Shown here in pieces: positions 1 through 17,026 of a DNA stretch of 64,000 nucleotides (position 1 is its first letter; every line of letters begins with the position of its first letter). The notes under the pieces are model-generated. The model was not told the origin of the DNA, ran no database searches, and saw only the letters and a list, made by a program, of their open reading frames with translations. Source of the stretch: the human T2T-CHM13v2.0 reference genome, Homo sapiens; the NCBI RefSeq assembly GCF_009914755.1, contig NC_060927.1; one strand, written 5' to 3'. A program made the position numbers and the translations under genes.

Positions 1-189
1 AACAAATAAATAAACACAACACATACTACACACATACAAATGAAAAAATCCTTAAGACTTAGGACTTTTAGGCCACAGGAAGGTATATTTGCTAAGTATT
101 TTACGATAATGCAGCACTCATCACAGACCCTGACCCTTAATAGGAATGCAATGATGTTTTAATTGAATGAATGAAGACAGACAAATACG

Positions 190-350
190 GTTTCTGGGGC
201 CAGACTACATAGATCTGATCACTCCAGTACTAATAAACTATTCAAGCTTGGCCAAATTGTTTAACCTATTTATGCCGCCAGTTCCTTATTTGTTGAAGTA
301 GTAATAAATAACTGTGTAAGTTGCTGTGGGTGTTAAATGAGCTAATAACA
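190..350 (+). mobile_element. MIR fragment
   Basis: cttggccaaattgtttaacct...cagttccttatttg...gttgctgtgggtgttaaatgagctaat core. Confidence 0.6.
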
Positions 351-394
351 CACACAAAAATCAGTGCTTTCTATGTGTTGAGTTCTTTATTGTT

Positions 395-550
395 TCTTTT
401 AGAGACAGGGTCTTGCTCTGTTGTCCAGGCTGGGGTGCAGTGACATGATCATGGCTTACTGTAACCTCAAACTCCTGTGCTCAAGTGATCTTCTTGCCCC
501 AGCCTCCTGAGTAGCTAGAACCACAGGCACATGCCACCATGCCCAGCTAA
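395..550 (-). mobile_element. Alu right arm (AluJ/FRAM type)
   Basis: agagacagggtcttgctctg...gccaccatgcccagctaa. Confidence 0.85.
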
Positions 551-578
551 GGGTGAGCTCTTAAGAGTTGAGTTGCTA

Positions 579-705
579 TCCTCCTCCTCCTTCTCCTCCT
601 CCTCCTCCTCCCCTCCTCCTTCTCCTCTTCCCCTCCTCCTCCCCTCCTCCTTCTCCTCCTCCCCTCCTCCTCTCCTCCTCCTCCTCCTCCTCCTCCTCTT
701 CCTTC
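579..705. repeat. Imperfect (CCT)n polypyrimidine microsatellite
   Basis: About 125 nt consisting only of C and T. Confidence 0.95.
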
Positions 706-1582
706 CCACCTCTGCAGAAAAGGGAGCTGAGGCTGTCTGTGGTCTCTACCACAGAGCACCTCATAAGCCCTACTTGCTTTTCCACATTTTCTGTCTTTTC
801 ATTATTACCATATTTATATACACATCAAAAGAGAAAAGATGGCCAATACTATTTTAATTTGCCAAGCCTGTCTTCAGATTGCTGATTTAAAAAAAAGGGG
901 GTGTGGTGGTCCATGTTGGCTGATTACTAAAATCACAGATATGGTCAAGGGCACCTCCAAGAATAATAACCTGGGGCAAGCCTACAGTCCTGCTTCATGC
1001 ATTTAGGCTTTTTCTAGCAGGAGCAGGTTGCCCAAGGTAGACCACAGCCATGTTGAATGCTTCCCGGGTTCCCCAGTATCAGTTTCGGCATTTCCACATC
1101 ACCACACCTGGCACAGGTGGTTGTTTTGTGAAGGCAAGGTGTGCCCCTCTGCATTCTCACTGAGGAAGCCAAACAGGTTCAGGGGCCCTCGCTTGAACAA
1201 CAATCCAGACAGCAGCATGCACTCTCCTCTGAAATGCTTGACCCACAGTTCCTACCTAGGGGCAGTTCCTACCTAGTTTTCTTACAGGTTCTCTTCCAGC
1301 ATGAGTGCTAGTGCACTCCTGAAATATCCCTCTAGAAGTGCTGCTTTGTCCCGAGTCCAGCCCATAAAAGTCATCTGGCCCCTAATGTACAGAAGCACCT
1401 TATTAACTACCATGGGCTAAGAGCATCACCATGTACAACAACGTTCAGAATTAAAGGAAAGAGGGAGTTTAAACTCAGGATGTCATGGATATGCCTCCCC
1501 CATGAATAGACACGTGATGCCAGAGTCCATGACGTTAACCACCACACTTGCTGCCTGTCATTGAGCATGTCTATGACATTAA

Positions 1583-2124
<542 letters not shown>

Positions 2125-2434
2125 TGAAATTTTCCTCTTAACATATAATTCTCACTCATTTTTTGATGAAGGTTGTAATTAGTGTTGACTATAGTATTGT
2201 TAAGTGTTATTCAGTAATACCTGGAAAATGAAATTAACTTTGTAGATGTTTAATTTCTTAGTAAATGTAGGTGTTTTCATGTGTTTCCCCCTAGTCAAAT
2301 TATACATTTTTGCTTCTTGCTTGACTTCTTGGGAAACAAGTGTTATCAGCAATACTCATTCATTTGTTGTGTTAGTCAACCACAATTTACTGAATGCCCA
2401 ATGTGTGCCACATTTCATACATAAAATTTTGCTT

Positions 2435-2749
<315 letters not shown>

Positions 2750-3460
2750 TTACAGTATTTTTCACAAAAGTGAAAAATCTTTATTCCTTTTTCAGACCAT
2801 GCTGGATACCCAAACTCAGAAACGAGGCACAATTGTTTCTTTCAACACATTGAAGTGTCACCAATGGCTTATTCTCTATGCCGTATGGGCAATGATATTT
2901 ACAGAACCCATTGAGAGCCACCCAGTTTTTCAAATGACATACTCATGAGGCTGAATTTTATAAATCCGTATTTATGTAGCTGTGCAGAGCTTCAGCAACT
3001 GTATCAAATCTTATCACAAGTCATATTTCTTACTAAACAAGTATGTAAGAAGACATTGTGGTTTTATCAGTATTTGCAAATAAGAGCTCTCTTTTCTTGC
3101 CTGTGTATTTCTGTTCTCAGTGGAAGGAAGGAAGTAGCTGTAGGCGAAAGCTGTCTGGCAGAGAAGAAATGTGTGTAGGGTGTGATCAGAGGTGTCAAAC
3201 ATCTCACTGGAGAGAAGAATGCCCTCTGTGCAGTGTGGAGGGGGGGCCCGTTCACTTTCAGATCTAGCTGTGAGTCCTGAGTTAACAGCAGCTACCAACC
3301 ATCAGTGACTCACTTTTGCCAATCAATAAATCCACCTACGAGTGTTCTACAGCTGAAACTATGTTCTCATAAAACTTATTTGTCTCTGTGGCCATGGTTC
3401 AGCTGATATTCCTTATGTGGAATGTTCTCAAACAATCATACATCTTAAGAAATTGCTTGA

Positions 3461-3827
<367 letters not shown>

Positions 3828-3992
3828 ATCTGCATAATAATTAGATAGAAAATATCCCACTCTAAATTCCTACAAATAAAATTTAAAAAATTATCTCAAT
3901 AACAGTCATAGTGCCTTACAATATTATGTTCTGTAAAAGTTCTAAATTATTTGACAAGTCATGAAACACTCCCATTTAGAAAGGAGCTCCCA

Positions 3993-4353
<361 letters not shown>

Positions 4354-5786
4354 AGAAAGGTGCTCCTAGCAACTGACATTCATGAAATGCAGTAGCATTT
4401 AAAGGAATTCTGCTTTTCCTTGCTTTCTCAAGACAAACAGAATTTAGCATGCAGAGGTACAAGAGAAACGTCATGAGTTGAAAATCTTCATTCTAACCAC
4501 CTTTGCATTAGCAACAGAGAAAACACTTGATCAATGCCAACTAGGCAGTGAAAAATATTACAAGGAGCGATTGTATGTCTCCACATAGGAGAGGATAGCC
4601 AACTGTGGTTTATGAAACGTGTTCCTGACTCAGTAAATGCTGTGTTTGAAAAGCTGTGTTTGTTATATAGGTGTCTACTCATCAGTCAACCCTTAGAGTT
4701 CTTAGGAAAACCTGAATCTCAGAAAAGAGGGCTGTAGTAAAGCCTTTGATGCTGGGAACATTTTACTTTCCCGATAGACTCAGCCAAAAACTCTGCTTCG
4801 AATATTTACACTTCCAGCCAAGATGGAGTAACAGGGACTGAATTTATCCTCTTAACTGAAAAAACAAAACAAAACAAAACAAAAAAAAAAACAAAAAACA
4901 GACAAAATATATAAAACAACAGTTTTCATAACACTGAATATCCAGCAACGAAGATAGTGAACCTTGAACAAGGCGAGCCCTATGACTGCCCCCACTACTG
5001 TCAAGAGAGGGCTCCAGGCTGTGGAGGGAGAAACACAGCAGAACACAGTGAACTCCCTGAGCTAAGGAGATGCAGCAACTCCTTAGTCTGGGAGATCAAA
5101 ATGAATAGAATTTGCAGAACAGTCTGCCAGAGAAAAGAGAGCTGCGAAGAGAGAGAACCCCTGAAAATCTATAGAGGGTCTCCTTTGAGGATTCGGTAGA
5201 GCACTCATCATTCCATGCATGAAAAGAAACTACCCAAAGTTGGAGACCATCTGAAAGGATAAGAGGGAAGAGTGCCTCATCCTTACAGGGCTGGAGGTGG
5301 TGCCTATTCCCACCAGCCAGAATAAAAAACTCATAATTCATGGGGCATTGAATAGAGTACTCAGGAAGATCAGTATGCAGAACAATTAGCTATAGAATGT
5401 GCACTGCTCTGGGCTAGACTAACAAATCATAAAAGCAAGACCTGAAAAAAACCAAACCATATTCAATCAACTAAACTGCATCCCAAAACCAAACATCAAG
5501 AATATTTATAGGAACACAAAAAATATATAGCATTCAAAAAGATACAATTAATAATGCCTACCATCCTACCAAATATTGCCAGGCATGCAAATAGGCAGAG
5601 AAACATGACCCATAACAAAGACAAAAATCAATCAAAAATACCCAGAACTGACACAGACATTAGGATAAACAGACAAAGGCATTAAAACAATTATTATAAC
5701 TATATTTAATATGCTTAAAAAGTTAAATAGTCACATGCAAGATGTAAAAAGGATCCAAATCAAACCTCTAAAGATAGAAACTCTAA

Positions 5787-6103
5787 GGCCGAGCATGGTG
5801 GCTCACGCCTGTAAATCCCAGCACTTTGGGAGGCTGAGGTGGGAGGATCACCTGAGGTCAGGAGGTTGAGACCAGTCTGGCCAACATGGTGAAACACCAT
5901 CTCTACTAAAAATACAAAAAATTAGCCAGGTGTGTTGGCACATGCCTGTAATCCCAGCTACTCGGGAGGCTGAGGCAGGAGAATCACTTCAATCCAGGAG
6001 GTGGAGGTTGTGGTGAGCCAAGACTGTGCCACCGCACTCCAGCCTGGGCAACAAGAGTGAGACTCTGTCTCAAAAAATAAAACAAAACAAAAAAACAAAA
6101 ACA
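5787..6103 (+). mobile_element. AluSx/Sq inside L1M
   Basis: TSD aaactctaa. Confidence 0.9.
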
Positions 6104-6368
6104 AAAACTCTAATATACAAAATGGGATTAATGGCAGATTAGATTGCAAAAAACAGATGAGGGAACTGAAGACAAAGCAAGAGAAACTATACAAGATATC
6201 ATATTCCCCCAAATCCCCACAAATGCAAAGCATTACTATGTGACAAGTTCAAGTGGCCAAGCGTATGTGTAATTGGGCTTTGCAAATGAGGCATACATGA
6301 GGCCAAAAAAAAAAAAAAAAAACCTGAAGAAATAACGGCTAAAATGTTTCCGAATTTGATGACAACTA

Positions 6369-6773
<405 letters not shown>

Positions 6774-7702
6774 TCAAAGCAGAAAAAAGAAAAAAGAGAA
6801 AAATTTAAAAGCAGCTAAAGAAAAAGATATTCCATACAGAAACACAAAGATAAAGATGACAGCAGACTTCTCATCAGAAACAATGCAAGCAAGAAGATAG
6901 TGAATCAGTATTTCTAAAGTACGGAGAGAGAAAAACTGCCAACAAGAATCCTATATCATGTGAAATATCTTCTAAAACCAAAGGCAAATAAAGATGTCTT
7001 CAGGTACAAGCTGAAGGAATTCACCACTAGTATGCCCACACTATAAGAAATGCTAAAGGAAGTCCTCCAGGCAGAAAGAATCATAACAGACAGAAATATT
7101 AACCTACACAAGTGAATGAAGAGCAACAGAAATGCTAACTCCATGGGTAAATATGTAAGACTTTTGGTACTGTTTAAATCTCTTTAAAGTTAATTGAATA
7201 TTTACACAAAAATAATAATGTCATGTGCATCTGTAACTTATCTAAAAGTAAATTGTATGACATCAATCGCATAAAGGCTGAGAGGAGAGAAATGGAAGTA
7301 TACTACTGTAAGATTCTTATGCTACATGTGAAGTGGTATAATATCATCTTGAAGGTAGACTTGATAAGTTAAAAATGTATACTATAAACCCTAAAGTAAC
7401 CATGGAAACAACAAAGAGTTATAGCTAATAATCCAACAAAAGAGGTAAAATGAACACATAACATGCTCAATAACCCTAAAAGAAGGCCTGGAAACAGGTA
7501 TACAGTCTGGATAGGGAATTCTGAGATCCCAGGCATTGAGATCAGAACGTACAAGGGAGGAGCCAGGCTCCACTGGGCATCTCTTGGCCCATGGCTTCCC
7601 TTCCCTTCCTCAGGAAGTTGCTTGAGAAGACCACAGTGAAGGCTTTTAAAGCTATGCTAGTCTGCAAAGAGAAAAAACAAAAAACTGAGAGTGTTTAAAA
7701 AC

Positions 7703-8006
<304 letters not shown>

Positions 8007-8655
8007 GTAAAAACGTTTATAGCAATTTGACATGGCTGTAACATCCCAGCATGGGATTATTTTTCTAGCAATGCATGTTTATTGAATTTTATAAAAGTGA
8101 TCTGTCCTTGATTCATTAGATAGAAATAAAAAACAATAAAAGAAAAACCCTGTCCCTTACCAGAGATAACTGAGATACTGCTTGAAAATATGTGGCTGTG
8201 AGCAGCTTTCCTTGCCTAGATTTAAGGTGGCACATGTGTGCAGGGATCAGAAGGCAGAAATTGAACCGAAATAATAAGGCTGGTTTTGAATTACTGTAAG
8301 TGTAGGGCATACCTTATTTAAAAAGATTTCTGGCCTAGACGTTTTGATTATGATCTGATTGATCCATCTTTCTGTCTTTCTGGGTCACTCTGTGTCGATT
8401 ATTTGCTGGATTTAAAGTAGTAGTGATTGTGCATATGCAGGATTCCCATGCAGATGGTTGTCTTTCCCACTCAGAATTTGAGAAAAGATACCGTTTGTGT
8501 ATGTGTGTAGTTGGGGGGTAGGACATATTCATGGAAAAGATTGTGGCCTTTTTTTTTTTCTTAGTTTGAATGCAAGAAGAGAGGCAAAACCATTTCTTCC
8601 TGTCATCCCAGTCGCTCTGGAGGCATCCAGTGAACATGACAAACGGGGCACCTAC

Positions 8656-8740
8656 CTTGTGCACACAGGCCTTTGCATTCAGGAAAAACAGCTCCACGGT
8701 GGTTTTATCCTTTAAAAACGATATGCTCTCAATGTAAAAC
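8656..8740 (-). CDS. FRMD4B: FRMD4B coding exon (exon 5), 85 nt, (R)FYIESISFLKDKTTVELFFLNAKACVHK
   Basis: Acceptor ctcctctgctgtttttcag|G, donor AAG|GTAGGT, phase 2-0. Embedded in ORF 8335..8784. The gene continues beyond both ends of the window. Confidence 0.96.
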
Positions 8741-10192
8741 CTGAAAAACAGCAGAGGAGTTTGTTCCTTCAGATTTATTTTCACCTCTCAGCATTCCTCA
8801 TTCAGTGTTCCCCAAAAGCAGGGCAAGAATTTTGAGAAACCTGAGGAAGGTTGTGCTTTCTTTTCCGTTTTAAAAGAAATATGCACCGCACGTATTTATG
8901 TGATGGATGTATGTGTATGTATACCTAAAATCTCTTTCAGGATGTTTTTGTGTCTTGGAAGGTGAGTTAAAGAGAAACCCCAAATGGTATTCAACCAAAA
9001 ACAAACAAAAACAAACGTTTATCTGTGTTGCTTATTCTTTGAAACATGTTCTGGGAGTTCATAATACCTCAGACAGCTTCAAAACAAAGCGCAGATGAAC
9101 TAGGAGTTGAAAGCTGAAGTCGGCTGAGCAAGCACTACCTAACCGAACCCCAAAGCCTGCTTGAGGCTCGGGGGTTTTTAGACGGAGGGGCCTGAGGGCC
9201 CCATGCCTACCTGACCCCCATTCACTGGGTGAGTTTCCATCACACTTTTCCATCACTCCTTTCTTCCTTCCCATCCTTCCAGGCCCTGGGTTTTCCTTTG
9301 GCTCAAAGCCAGGCTCTCAGCAGCCATCAATCTTGGTCTTTTCTCATGCAAATCAGGGTATTCTGGGCCTCACTGCCCCACTCCCTTTCTAGGATTTTGC
9401 TTGTTCAATCTGTGAAACCACAGGTTGCAGGCAGGCCCCTCTCAGGAGCGCTCTGACAGCTCCCGGGTGGGGAGGAGGCTGAGTCTTTAACAACTCTGTT
9501 TTCATAATCCTGTACTGATGAGGCCGGCTTGCAAAGGCTGGCACTCTGTGGTGTGCGAGTGGGCAAGCTGGGGCCCCGAAGTTTTCCTCAAGTTCTGGAG
9601 CATTGCTTGATTAATAATCATGAAGAGCCATCAAGCCCCAAGACAGCTCACTGCTTTGAGTCCGAAAGGGAATTTACTCTCAGATCAGTGAGAGTGAAGG
9701 TAAACCAGGGCTAGGAAGTGGCCAGGTGAACCTATCCTTAGCTCTGCGGAATCCTGAGTGCTTGAGCCTTTGCTTCTCTTTTTCTCCCTTTCCACAGTGA
9801 TGATACCTTTGATAAATAAATGCAGCTGAAAGGGCTGTGAAAGATTTTATCACTGAGATGGTAAAATCATTCGAAACATTCCACCCTTTAATGTTGAGTC
9901 ATCAACGGAAGTTCCAGAAAGAGAACAAATCCTTTGTATTTTTACTTACAAGCTTTTATCTCACTTGTAAGTGAGGTTAATGAAGATGGAGGAGTGTCAG
10001 ATTTATGAGAAGAGAAAGTTAAGTACAAAGGTGGTGAAGGAAATGAGGAGTTGGGGGAAAAATAGGTTTTGGAATCCAAAAGATCAAGATGTAGTGTTTC
10101 ATGTCCACCATTTATTCGCTGTATGGCCTTGGGCAAATTATTTAGTTTCTTTGTGTCTTTTTTAAATTGAATGTCGTGACTGTACTTATCTC

Positions 10193-10985
<793 letters not shown>

Positions 10986-11554
10986 GTATTCTCCTCTCCC
11001 ATCAGTCTAGTGTCTTCTACCCTGAGCCCTGCTGCGTGGACTAGGCGAGTCACCTGACTCAAAGGCAGCCAAGATGTCAGGCGGTGAGGTGGCCTGGAAA
11101 GGAGCAAGTGCCACTCAACAGATGCTTTTTATACTGCATGATGAATGAGTCAACCAATTGCACATGGTCTCTTAGAGACTTGAGGGGCGGGTGAGGAGGG
11201 ATTCAGTGGAGGCAGAGAAAGGCACTAAGCAGAAATTACGAGGCAGCAGAAGCCATGAAGTAGAGAGGGACAAGAGTCCACAGCAGGAGTTGATGGACTG
11301 AAGCAGGGTAGCCGAGTCACTTGTGATGGCAGACACCAAAGTGAGGCAGACCAGAGGTTGGCTGCTGCTACAGGGCTGAGATGACCCATGTTATACAAGT
11401 TTCTGTGCATTTCCAAGAACCTTCCAGTTCAGCTACTTGGTGGTGGCTGTTTCCTGCTTTCTTGGCTTTCCCATGCATTTGTATCCCTATCAATGAAGAT
11501 AATATGAGCAGGCTTCCAGTGGGCAGCCTAATTAAGGGCGGCAGCAGGATCCCA

Positions 11555-11772
11555 GCTAACATTTCCCTGAGCTCTTACTGAGGTGCCTGCAATGTGCTAA
11601 GTGCTTCCCGATTGTTCTCTCATTTAATTATCACAACTGCCTTGGGGAGGGACCTATGATGACCCTGATTTCACAGACGCAGACTCTGAGTTTTAGAGAT
11701 CTGCCTACCTGGTGGGGCTAGGTCTTGGTCTGGGACAATGACTTTGACTCTGTGGACAGTGCTCTTAACCAA
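11555..11772 (-). mobile_element. MIR
   Basis: tgtgctaagtgctt...tcatttaattatcacaac...atttcacaga. Confidence 0.65.
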
Positions 11773-12499
11773 CATCTCCTCCTGGGCTGCCGCTCCCAGT
11801 TCACTCAACTAGCACTCAGCAGGAAGCTGAACCCTTAGTAATTGTGGGCGTCTCAACCATGTAAAAAATAGCAGAAAAATAAGACAAGTGTGACGTTTTC
11901 ACCAAAATGTTAACATATATAGAAGTACGTGTGTTCTCTATTGCTTCAATAAGCAAAACCATGGCAAAAGACTTACGTTGAAGGATTTTGATTAACCTAT
12001 AAAACACCTTTTTAAAAGTTAGAGTAGTCTCAGAAGGGGAAGCCCTTTCCAGAGGAAGAGATCTCCCTGCCCTAAAAAAATCCTAGGTCAGATTAGTAGA
12101 ACTCAACATCTGCCTTCTACTTGAAATTTCTAAGATTATTTTTTTCCTTCACTTTTAATTACTTCAATAGACTTCTCTAACAGGGACTGTATTAAAAACA
12201 CGGGGTCAATGAATTTTCACACACAACAAAGCTCATAAGAATTTCTTAATATTATTTAAAATTTAGTCTTCACTTGAATTTTCCCATTGCCTCCAAAACT
12301 TATAAAAAAAAGAGTTCTGTGATTGTGACATTTAATAAGTAAAGCTGCACTGGCCTATGGCAACAGTCACATATGCAAAAGTCGTAAGGATCACTGGCTG
12401 GATATAAATGAGTGATGCTGACCAGATGGGTGAGACCTGCTTGGGGGACACTGGGACACATTTTTTCTGCTCTACTAAAACTCCTTCATCATGGTGTGG

Positions 12500-12765
12500 G
12501 TAGGTGACCCAAGCTAGGCCAGTCAGCTTCTCACCCTGGAGAATAAACTTGATTAGAATGACCTAAAGATCAAAGATGGTTGGAGCCTATTTATTCTGCT
12601 AACAGCACTCTGATGAAATTGTCCCTTGGTTTCTGCTCCCTAGATCCCCGCAGAAGCCCTCATCCCTGTGTTTTCTGAGTCTTTGTCAATTCAGTTTTCC
12701 TTCCGTTTTGTTTGTTAGCCACAGGTAGTTCTGTTGCTGGCAACTAAAGAACCCAAGTTAATAGA
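12500..12765 (+). mobile_element. ERVL LTR fragment (LTR16/LTR33-like)
   Basis: gtgacccaagctaggccagtcag...ttctgttgctggcaactaaagaacc. Confidence 0.5.
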
Positions 12766-12859
12766 GGGCTTCTTCCATGCTAGGGATAATACAAAGTGCT
12801 CTACAGGAATCTCTTTTTTTTTTTTTTTTTTTTTCCATCTTTGGTACCACCAGATGCAG

Positions 12860-13000
12860 TAGGCAACAAATTATGAGCCCATTTTACAGATGAGAAAGCT
12901 TAGATACAGAGATGTCAAGTCTTCTTCTTTAGGCCATACAGCTAGCAAGTAGTGGAGCCATGACTCAAACTGAGGTCTGTTAGACTTCTAAGTTCATATT
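12860..13000 (-). mobile_element. MIR
   Basis: cccattttacagatgagaaa...cagctagcaagtagtggagcc. Confidence 0.75.
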
Positions 13001-14505
13001 CCAAGTCAATATGATATAATGCTTTCCTACAATAACAATCAAAATGAAATATAACATGTACAGAATGCTGTGGGGGCCCACCAGCCTGATGCAATTAACT
13101 CAGCTTATGAATTAAGGGGAGAATGCTGCCAAACTGAAATCCATAGAACTAAGCACCACAGGAGAGGGGACAGTTGAGCTGAGTCTTAAAGAATGCATGA
13201 GTTCACCAGGTAACAAAGGTAGGAAGGGCACTCAGGCGGATAGCATATTAGCCAAACTAATCCTCCTGCTAGTCTTTGAGCCCTGAAGAAACCGCATACA
13301 GGTTGCTGGGTAGCTTGGCACCAAATCAATTTGTAGCGCATCCAACTTTGAACAGATACCTTTGTATTAGAAACTGGGTTCACCTTGTTTTTGGAGTCCA
13401 GGCCCCTGACTACATCCTAGTCCCAGTAAACAGGTCCCTATCTTATTTCCCACTACTTTCTGGTGACCAGCCCTGGTGCCTCCTGCCTAGGCATCAGATT
13501 ACCAGCTTTCTGAATCCACAATTCCATCTCTCCCTCAAGGGGGCCATTGTAATGGCTTCATATTTATGGAGTGTATGAAAAGTACATATGGGCTTTGGGG
13601 AAAATGGCTCTTCAGGCACACCTATCAACACAAACCATGAACTGAAAACAAAATCTAGGGCTTCTTAATGACATGAAATGGACTATCCCAGATTCATAAA
13701 GACCTTTTTTTCAGCCTTTTTTTTTTTTTTTTTTTTGCAAAAGGATACTGTTTCCTTTTTGCATGCTTACTGTGAGCGATTTCACTAAGGTTTTCTTAAG
13801 TTGAAGCCCATGGTTAATTTTTCAGCTTCGGAAAGAACCCAGGCTTTTTGAATAGGCACACATTTTGGAGACAAACCTCGGCTTCACAAGTGTAATTTCT
13901 TGAGAAGAGAATTTGCTCAGGAAGGTTTTGTCACTGTTATTTGGGCTCCTCCCATTAGCATTTCTTTTTCCTTTCTTGGTTGGCTTAACCACTCATTAGT
14001 GATGACAGAACATTACACCACTGTGACATGACAAAGACGGCTGGAAGGGACACAGCCCTGCCAGCCAGATGGCAACACATGGATGTCAAAGAGCACAACA
14101 CCCAGTTGTTTGGAAGTGGCTGTCCTTTGAAGAGTCGCTTAAATTTATGTGGCCAATATTTTCGTCTTGTGGTATTTATTTCTAGTGGTCACAAGTCAAC
14201 ACTAGGGAGTGGGAGAGACATTAGTTTGAATCCTAGCTCCAGTGCTGATCAGTCTTGAGGTCTTGGGGTAGCTGCTCCGCTCTCAGTGCCTCTTACCTCT
14301 CTTGCCTCACACACTGGAGAAATGAGAGGGTTTGAAATGTGCTTAACATAGCAGGTGGCATGTAGTTTAGCAGCCAATGAGTGGCGGTGACTATTAGAAT
14401 ATTATTATCTCTCTACCGATGTGACTGTAATAAAAGGCACTGACTTAGTTGGGAACATCTTTAAAGCTTTAACTGTAACAACCAGAATAAAAATTCCAAG
14501 TATCT

Positions 14506-14837
<332 letters not shown>

Positions 14838-16150
14838 TCAAAGAAACAAATGCTACAAAAATGTCTGTTTTAACATAAAATGAGAAAATAGTGTGAAACC
14901 AATGCTTTTCTAATCAGTTTCAACTTTTCTCCCTCAACTGAGCATGGTTTCTTTGTTTCCCAGGGCCTTTGCGAGGTCCCAGTGGTATCTTCAAAGAAGG
15001 TGAATTGGGCAAGAACTGCTCAATTATTTTGCATTCTGAACAATGCTGAGTTTGTGACTGGCGTCCAGTGAGGGCTAAATCAAAACACCTCATTCTGGGT
15101 TTCTTTTAGTCACCATGAGTAATTTCAGGCATTTAACTGCAGCCACACGCCTAGGTAGATTTCTATCAGATCCTCATCCACATTCTGAGTGGGGAGATCT
15201 CTGTTTATTGCTTGTAATGACCCTGCAAGGTAGTCATATCTCACTTTATAATGCTGAAGGCTGAAGTGTAATTTAAGTGTATTTCACTTTCTCCAAACAC
15301 ATCACTTTCTGCAAGCTATTATGCAGTGCTTATGGGAGTCCAATATGTTCCCTTTCATCTGTGGGAGGGGAACAGTCTTGGAGAATTCCCAGGGGAAGCA
15401 CTGTTTGCTTCTACAATGTGCTTCTCTGCCAGGAATGCTCTTCCTCATTTCTGAATTTCCAGACATGGCTAGAACCAGAGAGGGCCTCCTGGTAAGCCTG
15501 TAGAAACCTGCCCTCTTGCTCCTTTCCCACAGCATGACTCTTTCTGAGTTATCTAGAAGAGCTGGAGGCCCAAAAGAGTCAGGGCCTTGCTGTGACCTGC
15601 CAGGAAGGGGAGAGAGTCTTCTCCCCTAGGCAACCTGAAGTGTCAGGGGCATGTGAATTCCAAGTGCTTGCCTCTCCTCTGCTTTAAAACAGCCTGCTCT
15701 AGTCCTCCACAGGAAAGCAGGGACAGATGCTTTGAGAGGGAGTGGGGAGGGGAGGCAGCGGAGAAAAGTGGGGAAGTAACATCTGGGCACGGTGAATAAT
15801 GAAGATAAATGATAAGATCTTTCACCCAGTGCAAAGGGGAATGGGTCAGACCCAAGCCAGACAATCCCAAATCTTTCATATTCAAAGGCTGTGACAGAAA
15901 CTTGATAGAATGTTTCGCCCACTGAACATGTGGTTGAGGCAGCCTGTTATTTAGGACATAAAAAATAGTTAACATTTATATAGGGTCTACATTAGCTGTT
16001 AGCACTTGTAATCCTCCAACAACCCCCAAAGTAGGTGGGTGCTACCACCAGCTTCATTTCATAGGTGATAAAACAGGCCCAAGAGGGTGCCAGAAGCTAC
16101 ATAGTGAGTAAGTGGAAGAGCTGGAATATGAACCTAAGAATGATGCTAAA

Positions 16151-16649
16151 GCTCTGTTCTCAATGTTTGGGTGGGGGTGTTTACCAATGCTGAAGACATT
16201 ATTTGACTGTCAGCACTTGGGGAGTGTTATTGTTTATTTTGAGACAGGGTCTTGCTCTGCTGCCCGGGCTAGAGTGCAGTGGCCTGATCACCGCTCACTG
16301 CAGCCTCAATGTCCTGGGCTGAAGCAATCCTCCTGCCTCAGCCTCCTGAGTAGCTGTGACTGCAGGCACGCACTACCATGCAAGGCTAATTTTTGTATTT
16401 TTTGTAGAGACAGAGTTTCGCCATGATGCCCAGGCTGGACTTGAACTGGACTCAAGTGCTCCACCTGCCTTGGCCTCCCCAAGTGCTGGGATTACAGGTG
16501 TGAGCCACGGTGGCTGGCCTGGGAGCATCATTGACGTCAGTAAGTGGAGACCAGGGATGCTGCTAAAGATCCTACAGCACAGCTTAGCTCCCTACTACAA
16601 AGAATGGCCTGGTCCTCAGTGTCAATAGTGCTGCTGCAGTGAAACCTTG
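16151..16649 (+). mobile_element. MER20 (hAT-Charlie) interrupted by AluJ
   Basis: gttctcaa...gaagacatt...gaccagggatgctgctaaa..cctaca...caaagaat...tgtcaatagtgc...gaaaccttg. Confidence 0.85.
16227..16519 (-). mobile_element. AluJ inside MER20
   Basis: J diagnostics; degenerate TSD gggagtgttattg / gggagcatcattg. Confidence 0.88.
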
Positions 16650-16670
16650 CACTGAAAACCGAGCTTCTAA

Positions 16671-17026
<356 letters not shown>

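Noticed and set aside
515-885. Poly-E/R/G/S/P/L ORFs
   Set aside because: Artefacts of the (CCT)n repeat.
2781-2948. Plus-strand acceptor-like ttcag followed by ACCATG
   Set aside because: The frame closes after 49 codons, it is antisense to the gene and there is no supporting exon.
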